The position numbers and the translations under genes are program-made. Below the pieces are notes generated by a model. It did not search any database. It had not been told where the DNA came from and saw only the letters and a list, made by a program, of their open reading frames with translations. DNA of 59,887 nucleotides, filler included, from Platydemus manokwari (lineage: Eukaryota), in NCBI GenBank assembly GCA_037951405.1. It is 4 parts of 4 records of this genome, joined end to end, with 100 filler letters (N's around TTAATTAATTAA, not from the genome) between each part and the next. Parts side by side here need not be neighbours in the genome. Positions count along the whole stretch, not along the records: positions 47,590 to 59,887 come from JBBMOY010205561.1; 3 more parts are not named here. The stretch is one strand, 5' to 3'. Within the stretch, counting starts at the first letter, position 1. The number at the start of each line of letters is the position of its first letter. Shown piece after piece: positions 51,996 to 59,887 of the stretch.

Positions 51996-54900
51996 TAAAA
52001 TTAATTCTGATAATTAAAACTAATATTTTATAAAATATAATCAATATTTTTTATATGTTTACATAATTATTTTTATTTAAATAAATATATTGATCGGAAA
52101 GTGTTTCCATTCAAAAATAACCTCATCATTCGTGCTAGCAGGTATTTTAATAATTTTTTTGGGATTGGAAATCAATTTATAAAAGCAGTTCTACGAGGAA
52201 AGTTTTGTGATGAAATCAATCAATGAGATGCATTATTTATTTTAATAAAAAAGAGCTTATAGAAATGCACAGGTCGATTTATTGAATATCAATTAAATAA
52301 AAGATCAAAACGATTCAATTAACTGGTTTTGAAAATTCAAATACCTTAACACATCAAATTGCTGGCCTTCAAGGGTCACGATTAAACATGAATGTCGGCA
52401 AAAATCAGCTTATTTAATCGTGTTTTAAATCATTTTTCTTTCAACTTGTGTGTTGACTGATGAATTTCAATGATTATGTCTTGACAACGGTTATTTATTT
52501 ATTTATAAACATATTATTGGTACGTTGTAAGAGATAATTTTCTTTAAGTTTTGGTATTTTTACCGACTTATTTCTCAGCAATCTATAGAATATATAAATC
52601 GTTAATTGAAATTTAATATATAATAATAGATATCATATCTTTATAATTCTTGAACATTTGATGGGAAATAAAATCGAAAATGTCTTGAATATGAAAGAAT
52701 ATTCTTAATTAACAATGTTGACAGTCATCAGATTTCTTTTATAGTAATCATAATAATGGAATCTTGAATATTGTGATGATAATCCACGCTTAATATTACA
52801 GGCGTCACTGTCAACATACATCAGATATGTCTCCATTTTTGTTTAAATTTTTATAATAACACGGAATGGGTTTGGTAATGAAATATATATATTTACTCAA
52901 AATACATCTGAGAGCCTTGAAAATGATTGGAAATACCTTGTACAACAATTGTTGTCCATCATTTTTTCATTAATCCATGGCATCTCAATGATTTGTCGTC
53001 ATCAAAACGTCAGTAATTTTTTTGTATTATTAATATTATGATCATCAGACGAAACTTTTAAATTAAGAAAATTGAGATTTAACTTTTTGCTAATACTTGT
53101 CAATTTCCTTCATATATTTCCTTTATCTCGCTGAGTGGATTGAGGATTATCAAACATCTCTTCAGATTAGACCTCGAAAAGAAATTGACACGCCAAAAAT
53201 TTTTCGATTGGACCGGTGTAAATTAGTAATATTAACATCGACAAGGGCGGTTATCTTTGGAATCGTTACATAACTGATTAGGGAGATAAATATGCCGATA
53301 TTTTCCTTTCATCGTTTCAAAATCATTGGAACAAGCTATTGCTTTGGAGATTTGGATTTCAATGACAAGAATCAAGAACCCTTTGGTGGCAGTATCTACT
53401 TAACATTGGATTAGGAAACACACATGATCAATATTCGACAGATTAAATTAATTTTTTACTTCATAATAATATTTTTTGCCAATCATAAAAAGAAATCGAG
53501 ATATTTTTTTACGCCATCTCACATATCAGAAATATTCTCGTCTGGAGCCAAGACTTGTAGATTCAATGTTAAACCATACACACACACACACATAATCCAT
53601 CACAGTGTCAAAGGCTGCTGTTACGTCAATTAAGTATGACTTATAAAATTTTATATTTCTCTATCATTCATGTATTACTGACATGATAGTCCATCCAGCT
53701 AAAAATCATGTTTCATCACACTTATCGATTAGGTTTTAACTTTTAAGCTAGCATTATTCCTGATCATTTAATTATAAAAGGTAGACATTTTAATGTCAGT
53801 TGTGATTGAAGTAGACAAGAAATTCTAGTATTTATCATATATTATGGGATCAAAGAATAATAATCGATTAATATCTTGATTAGTTGGATCATTTACACTT
53901 TACCGTTTAGTATTTCAGGGCTCACTGGATAGGGTTTTGTTGGGATTAGTTAATAAATCCATATGAAAATGTGTCATCGATCAATAATTAATAATGTGAC
54001 TGAATTTACTGATTTCAAATCTCATTGAGAAGAGGAATACCAGATTGATACTGTTTGCGTTGTCCATGTTCAGAAGGATCTTGGCTCGTTAGCGAATAAT
54101 TGGAGTTGTGAGCGGACGATTTTAAATATTACTAGTGTTTCCCACATTGTGAGTGACTCCAAAAGTGCAGTAAAGGAGATAGTGGTAATAAATTGAATAT
54201 AAATCGATAAAAATAAATTAGATACAGTAATATAATTTTCGAATCAAATAATGTAAAATTAATAACAATAAATAAATAATAATAATAACAAATAACCAGG
54301 TATTTAATAAGTTTTTAATTTCCAGTTATTGTTTTGTGTGGGATATTAAGAGATCCTTCTGCGGCGAGCTGCAGGTTCTTTTTGGTTGATTTGATAATAG
54401 TTGGGACCTACTAGGTGTAAGTCTCTATTAATTAGATTATTCATTAAAATGATCGTTAGAAACTTCATTTAAATTGCTAAAAGATAATAATTATAACGTT
54501 ACTTTATTATGGCCTCTTTTTGAAAATAAAATCCGACAATTTCTGTCGGTAATAAGGGACTTTATATAATCCACTTGATTTTTCTAGTAATAACAGTGTT
54601 AATTGCGGGCGTCTGACTATAAATAATTATGGACGTTGTCTGACTTGCCATGGTTTCTTTTATACTAAGTCTCTACTTCTTTATATAAGTAATTATCATT
54701 ATTATTATTTTCACATTTTATCTATACTATTTTTAGATTTTCAGTTTCTTTGTATTCTAATTTTAGTATCTTTTAATTATTTATTCTATTTTTAGTATCA
54801 ATAAACTTTATTCATTGATTAATGTATTATATCTATTTTCAGAGGACCTGGAACCTGATTATTTTAAAAATCTTATATTTTGTTTTAATTATTATTTATT

Positions 54901-55479
54901 TTAGGATATTTGGCACCCAAAAGTACAAATGATTAAAGAAGCTATTGAAATTGATTTGAATAGGATTCTATACTACCACACGTGGCACATACCGGGAGAT
55001 AAGTTAGTAATTGGATGCCAAACTAAATCATTATTTTAATACCATTGGTTTGATATGAGTACCAGTAACATTAATATTAAAAGCATATTCATTTATGGTT
55101 CATATAATAAAAATCAATGATAAACAATATATATTGCATGAAATGACGTCATCGTGTAATTCCAGTCGACTCCCACAATTGGAAATAAAATAAATATTAT
55201 TTCTGTTTCTCATGTGAAATACTGTTAGAAAATTATTTTGATGAGTAAAAATCATAAACAAAATCAAATTTTTAAAAAATCGTTTTAAAAATTCTTGAAA
55301 GTCAATGAATTTGATTTGTGAATGGGAAAATCTTGATTTCATATTATCTCAGTAAATTCTTCATTATCGCATGATATTATTAATTCGGGACGTTTTAATT
55401 AGCGCGCACTGATTTCATAAATTTTCTTTTACTTCGTTTATTGAAAGTATAAAAATAAAGTCGTATGTTTCGCTTTTCC

Positions 55480-55625
55480 ATAATAATAATATCAATTATT
55501 ATTATTATTATTATTATTAATATAAATATTATTATATTGAAAATTATAATCGCAACCCTAATGATCCTAATATTATTATTAATAATAATAGTAATATTAA
55601 AAATAATAATATCGATAATAATATT
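55480..55625. repeat. Degenerate (AAT/ATT)n microsatellite
   Basis: Trinucleotide runs; they explain the poly-Ile ORF 55395-55685. Confidence 0.85.
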
Positions 55626-56799
55626 GTAAAGATTATAACTTTTAGATAAATATATATAACAAAGAAATTGAATGCTAAAATTCATCTAGGAAAAATAGTT
55701 TATGATTCATTATGGTTTGAATAACAGAATTAAATTAAATTGCCGCTAAAATATAAGTGGATTTCCCTTGAGATAAGTTTGACGCATCGAAATCGGGTAT
55801 TTATTTAGTCTGTACTACATTTCCGTAACCATGGTTAATGTTATGAATGAGCCACGCAATGTGTTCGATGAGGGAGAATTTGATATTTTATTCTCATCCA
55901 GAAAACAAAGAAACGAAAAACCCGAAATCAAATTTCAATTCCTGAAGCCATGAAAGCATCATCATGGGAAAATATTCGTGAGAATTATAATAAATATCCC
56001 TATTCTCTCTCTGTTTTCCAAATCGCCCTCTACTTTTCATCGTCATTATTTTCGGTAGTTCAATTATTTAAATTTTTTCCTACACCGGTCCAGAAAATGA
56101 TCTTCCAACAGAAATGTTTATTTTGGCTGAATGTCGTTTCGAAATTTTAATTGTAATTCATGTTTCCAGTCGAAACTATACAATTGGCAATTCGGTTTTT
56201 TGTTCCGTTTAATAAATGGGGTAAATGATATCCATCTGGCAAATTGTAAATTAAAAAATTGGAACCAATAATCTTGTATAACAGGAAATTTGACATTCAA
56301 ATGAAATACATCTTTTTTTTCATGTATGGTCATGTGTTTAGAAAATTTATTTAAATAAATATTTTAAAAAGTTCTTTATTACTATTTTTATCAGTTGAAA
56401 TTAAATGAATTTAAGAATTAAATTTATAAATAAAGAACTACTAGCTCGAATTTCAATCATGAAACATTCAAAAAAGTAATTAATTACAAATTAAAATTAA
56501 GTTTAAAAAATATATTCAAAACGATATACTTTAATTTGAGATTATTTTTAAGTTGAAAAAGTAAGATTTTAAAATCAAGAAATTTTAAATTAGATTCTGA
56601 GTTGTAAGATTTTAAAACTAAAGTTGATTCTTTGATTTGAAATTTTACAAATCAAAAATTAAAAACGAAACACGTGTTATATCTTAAAATTAAAAAAGAC
56701 AAACGTTAATAATTTTGAATTCGAAAACTTTAGACATTTTCAAAAATTATCAACACAAAACAACAGATTCATTAAAACAAATTCCTCATAATGAATAGT

Positions 56800-58300
56800 A
56801 AAAACTAATTTACAACTTTTTATATCTGTCTGAAAATTCTTTTGTTTGACTCCGTGAGACGCAGTGTATCGATTTTGAGAAAGAAATTCATTGAAAACAA
56901 TTTGTTGTGAATAAACAATGTTTTCATATTGTTATTTATTGACACAACGTCTTTCAATTGCCGATTTATACATTGGATAAGTACAAGAAGATGTTTAATA
57001 CCTGAAAGATATATCTATCTAAAGCTATATAATTATAAATATATTTTAATAGCAGTTCTCATAGGAGCTTGATGACCACACAATTCGAATGAATGTATGA
57101 ACCTAATAGAATTTGGCGCCAATTCATCAGGCGCCAATGCCGGTATGCTTTGATTAGTCGATTTGCATTGTGTACATGAAAGTTACATCATCAATGTCGA
57201 TAGAATATCGCTTTCGAAGGTGTTGATTGAAACTGGAGAGATAGGAATTTTTCCAAATATACCCGATTGCTTTTGTTCAAAAATGGATGGTGATAAGCAC
57301 AACAACGATTTAATTTATTTATTGGAATGTATTTGAATTATGAAATTTTAATCAAACGCAAATCGTTTGTTGTTTTCAGTGTGGCTTTTAGCAGTCGCTC
57401 ACTCCAACCTGTTCTGTTATTTAATTTTGCATAATTATGTAGTAGGTTATTCGACTATCCCCAATGCATTGAAACGACCGCTTTGGTAAAGGCTGAATAT
57501 TTATTATTATCATTAATGAATAAATTACGCTTTTCAAGCCTAATGTGAGTCATTTTCAGCTCAATTGGATTGGATTATTTCTTAGAATTGCAATTTTGTA
57601 ATTCGTTTTGGAAATATTTTCGCCATTTATAGAGCTCGGATAACAAGTTACAATTTTATAATACGTCAATCGTGTTTTGGCAAAAATCACGATTTGCAAA
57701 ATGGTTTCAAGTGGACGCTTGAAATGATTTTGATTTCATTTTCATATAGCAATCAATAGAATTCACAAACGTAATTGAAATGACTATCAATTGCACCAAT
57801 AGCAGTTATAAGATACAATTAGTCTGTTACCGATTGTAGCGTAGTGCTGCTATATTGAGTCAGTTGTTCTAAATATGAGATTATCAAACTTCTTGTTTCA
57901 CTAATTACAGGAATGCTATTTTCAGAAGCATCATATACTCCAAATTCACTTGATTGTGATGAAGTCCAGAGAAGGAGTTAGACCCGCATATGATGCTTTT
58001 TCCAATGCTTCCTATCAGTAGAGTAGCTTGCGAATGCACTCCAAATTTGGTGGTAAACTTCATCTAAGGCTAAATACTTACGTGAGTTCGATAGTAAAGA
58101 AGTACCGTCAGAGAAAGTTGAAAAGAACTTTGAAGAGAAAGTTAAATAGTACCGCAATCGATGCAATCTCTGTTTGAAGCAAGATGGTGAAGATTTTGAA
58201 CAGTTGCTATGAAACTGCTTGTTATATACCTTTATTTGTTCTTACTGTTGTTTTATTTTAGTTTTAGAACGGAGACTTATGAATATATATGATTGGTTTA
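56800..58300 (-). pseudogene. Degraded coding region, possibly a retroelement env/fusion glycoprotein
   Basis: GC-enriched, stop-interrupted frame ...DRKHWKKHHMRV*LLLWTSSQSSEFGVYDASENSIPVISETRSLIISYLEQLTQYSSTTLQSVTD*LYLITAIGAIDSHFNYVCEFY..., with scattered Cys motifs downstream. Product assignment is speculative. Confidence 0.3.
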
Positions 58301-59819
58301 TTTCTGTATCAAATTCTCTAGACATTTATCTGTATTGAAACTTCTATGTTTATCTCTTTTATATCTTCACTAAATCTTCATTTCATATTTTTCTATATCT
58401 TCCTCCTTCTCATCAATATAATTTTATGAAGTGTGATAGCCATTCAAGCAGTTACTATTTTATGAAGCACGAATTGAAAATGTACTGAAAAGTCAAGAGA
58501 CAAAATTATATTTAAATAAAATTATTTTAACAACTTAATATATAAAATCATATTATAAAATCTTTTAAATTCACATTTTAGTAATCATCATCATCAAAAT
58601 TTGACAGTTCCAATAGATAGTTCTGTTTTGGGATATTTTCCAGCTCATCAGCTTAAAAAAGGAACTTGAATCCTGGTGGTTTAAATCACAAAATCGATCA
58701 GTCAAATGCAATCACAACTGTTGCTCATGACCAAATGATGAATGATAGAGAAACTGATTGATATGGCGTTGACTTAGAATCCACTAATTAGCAAATTATC
58801 GAACAGTTTAATTTGACATTAGAAACTTGATGCTTTTTTCGTGTTGAGAGAAATTATTTCATTTCATTTCAAGATTTAAAAAAAAGGAAATCTCATAAAA
58901 TCTTCAATATTTATTTTAAATGAAATAAAAAAATTTTTATCAATTTTTGTTCGAAAATAGCCTTAATATGGCATGTTTTTCATCTCCTATTCTTCCCTCA
59001 ATATATTCTTTTCGATGATTAAGTAGGCAATACATTACGTAATTTATTTATAAATATTATTTGATGTCCTAACTGTGAAATAAGTCGACTATCGACCAGT
59101 TTAGTAATGATTTTTTGTTAAGATTATAAAATTACAAGATAACAAGACTATATTGGACTTAGATACGGGAGATTAGTATGATAACAATGACATTATCGAC
59201 TAGAATATTAACAAATACTGTCAATGTACTTGAAGCATGATTGAATCATGTTGATGAGATTGAATAAAATTATAATGAATAAGGATCTCATGTCTTCTAG
59301 CCGATTATAAACAGGCTAAAACGTTTATTTAATCCAGTGTACCATTTAACCGATCTCATTTGGTTCCCGAATAACAATCAGAAATCATCTATCATACACT
59401 AACTACAACACCTATCCCAAATCAAATAATTAAAACAGTAATAATTCGTTTTGCATTTTATTGACAAAAAACGTTGCCACATTTTGCTAGGAACAGTTGT
59501 TTGAAAAAAATAAATAAATAAAAGCATTCATATAAAATTGGTGTTTTCGATAAAAAAGTAGATATTAAATGTCATTAAAATTCTTCTGAAATATTGTTGA
59601 AATTTTTTAATAAACTGTTAAAATTGTCTGATTTCTTAAATTACTCTCAACGGATTATTTGAAATTCTGGAATATTTGCAGCAATAGATAAATAATTAAT
59701 TATTCGGTCATATTGGAAAATAATGCATACAGTTTTTATCGTATTATTGGTGAGATTTTTGAACAAATTCATGAGCAATTCTGACAACTCTTTCAAAATG
59801 AAGATAACGATTTTAATTT

Positions 59820-59887
59820 TCTATTATTATTATTATTATTATTATTGTTTTCATTATTATTGTTCTTATTGTTATTCTTATCATTCT
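59820..59887. repeat. (ATT)n microsatellite
   Basis: TATTATTAT... run at the window end. Confidence 0.85.

Noticed and set aside
57110-57138. TTTGGCGCCAA palindrome and duplicated GGCGCCAAT as E2F sites
   Set aside because: Lies within a coding-like relic (LAPDELAP duplication), with no nearby gene start identified.

Overview
Very AT-rich eukaryotic genomic DNA. The 43-59 bp GT-AG introns, gene content and transposon families suggest an invertebrate, most likely a triclad planarian (inference). The window is four contigs joined by artificial 100-bp spacers (N44-TTAATTAATTAA-N44), so adjacency across spacers is unproven. Host genes reconstructed by hand: a complete 13-exon ARID4/RBBP1 gene (minus, 38850-32111, 1231 aa), the 3' four exons of CCDC77 (minus), the 3' five exons of a DCC/neogenin/frazzled netrin receptor (plus), one PP2C/PPM1 catalytic exon (plus), a few orphan exons and a single-exon cysteine-string ORF. 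The rest is decayed mobile DNA: mariner, several Ty3/Gypsy gag/pol relics, a foldback-like element, a 144-bp inverted repeat pair, a ~120-bp satellite and AAT microsatellites. The most notable find is missed by the ORF track: a degraded endogenous parvovirus-like element at ~11.1-12.75 kb (minus). It has a Hamaparvovirinae-like NS1 SF3 helicase and, upstream on the same strand, a probable capsid relic, which is the reverse of the normal NS-VP order. A possible env/fusion-protein relic lies at ~56.8-58.3 kb. All homology calls come from manual translation and motif recall; no searches were run.
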